This document shows positions 62,824 through 64,000 of a stretch of 64,000 nucleotides of DNA, in pieces. The stretch lies in assembly GCF_001194135.2 (NCBI RefSeq), contig NC_068998.1:48300719-48364718 (forward strand), given 5' to 3'. Each line of letters opens with the position of its first letter. Within the stretch, counting starts at the first letter, position 1. Both the position numbers and the translations under genes were made by a program. This DNA is from Octopus bimaculoides. Its lineage: Eukaryota. Under the pieces are notes generated by a model. It saw nothing but the letters and a program-made list of their open reading frames with translations, was not told where the DNA came from and made no database searches.

Positions 62824-64000
62824 CCTCTCTCTCTCTCCCCGATTTACAGGATCATGCTCAAAGTGGTTTCGTCAATCGCACGCACCATCTTTGCTACATT
62901 CACCCAGCTTTTTTTTGAAACTTTCAAGAGGCAAAACCTGCCTCTCCATTCTGACCTTCCTTTTCAAGTGATACTTGAAAAAGTTGATGAGCGATTGGCC
63001 AGAAAGATGAGTATTTGTCTCTAATCCATTCGCTCGAGTCCACCACACACATTCTTTCATCATGGCCACCAGTACGATGAAGACTGCCCTGCCTCTCCGG
63101 TTGACGGAAGGTGGCGGAGCAATTTTCATGATAGACTCGGCCGACAGGCGGACCCGTCTCACACGGGACAGCAGCCGTTCGGCATAAGCCCACAGGTCCG
63201 AAATGTCTGGTCACTGCATGAGTGCGTGCAGAACGGTTTCGTCGCTCTGACCGCATCTCAGGCAAGTCCGTCCGGTGTGTCTCGAACCGTGCCTGTAGTG
63301 CTTATCCCGAACAGATAATGCCTATCGATAGCACTGCCAGGCCAGGGATCTTTGCTGATTGTCCATTGGTCCCGGCCCGAATGTTGTCCTGAACAGGCGG
63401 GTCAGGTGTTCCTCGTCGACGCCCAGATTCTACCCGAGAACGTCGTCGCATCCCGCCTCCACCAATCCTCTATAGAACGCCTTTGTTGTAATGAAGTCGC
63501 ACAAGCTTGGTCCCGGACGGCAGAGTTGCTTGAGAGCAACGCGACAGTCGCGGTGCCATTTGCCTAGCCTCGGTCTCTGTTTGATCCATGACTGCAGCTC
63601 GGCCAAGGAAACGAGCTGCGGGAAAGCGCGTCGCACAAACGACGGCCACACCTGTTCACCGTCGTCTATGCAGCGCCGGAGATGTCGCAGTCTCAGCGCA
63701 TGTCTGCGCATCATCAGCCACGGCATGCCCAGCCCTCCATTTAGTGGGTGTTGACAGCAAATGGATCGCCTAACCATCGGAGCGCTTCCTTTCCACAAGA
63801 AGCGGAAGAGTATGCGTTCCAGTTTGGTGATGGTAGGGTTGGGACAAAGCACGACGGTCAGACGGTAATCGATGATCGATGCGATGCACGCGTTCTCCAC
63901 CCCCACCCCCACCCCCTGACCTTTTGGGGATAGCTTCCTCTCGGCCCATTACTGGGCGAGAGTAGCCACATTAGTTGCTATTTCGCCCCAGTTCTTCTCC
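62474..64000 (-). mobile_element. Tx1/L1-clade non-LTR retrotransposon, 3' part of ORF2 plus probable 3' UTR (continues beyond the window)
   Basis: One minus frame runs from about 63950 to 62872: WAERKLSPKG...LERILFRFLWKG.APMVRRSICCQHPLNGGLGMP ... SLAWQCYR*AL...TCLRCGQSDETVLHALMQ*P (zf-RVT CCHC). There are three in-frame stops within 63912-62872. The sequence downstream of the ORF ends AATGAAGAAAG before (TATC)n. Confidence 0.9.

Noticed and set aside
62735-62838. (TC)n tract as the Tx1 target site
   Set aside because: Unique UTR-like sequence continues beyond it to a poly(A)-signal-like AATGAA and a (TATC)n junction, so the tract is more likely an internal expansion.

Overview
This is AT-rich animal genomic DNA from a gapped draft scaffold, with many N runs that nearly always abut microsatellites. 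The repeat families and extreme simple-repeat density suggest a coleoid cephalopod such as Octopus (inference). I cannot support any host protein-coding gene: most listed ORFs run through N gaps or translate microsatellites. The window is a transposon graveyard. It holds several families of tRNA-headed SINEs, RTE-clade LINE remnants, two Tx1/L1-like LINE copies of different ages, Tc1 and mariner transposase remnants, and a complete hAT MITE with 14-bp TIRs and an 8-bp TSD. It also holds Penelope-like element (PLE) remnants: an N-terminal ORF piece and a GIY-YIG endonuclease piece. The most interesting signal is three minimal type I hammerhead ribozyme motifs from two repeat families (4274-4319 minus, 8647-8692 minus, 55742-55774 plus). 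All have an extra A after the CUGANGA core and a two-base-pair helix III (palindromic ACGT in two of the three), which points to PLE-derived or retrozyme-like self-cleaving repeats. Several long inverted repeats, a short (TTAGGG)n array and a few promoter-like islands are also noted.
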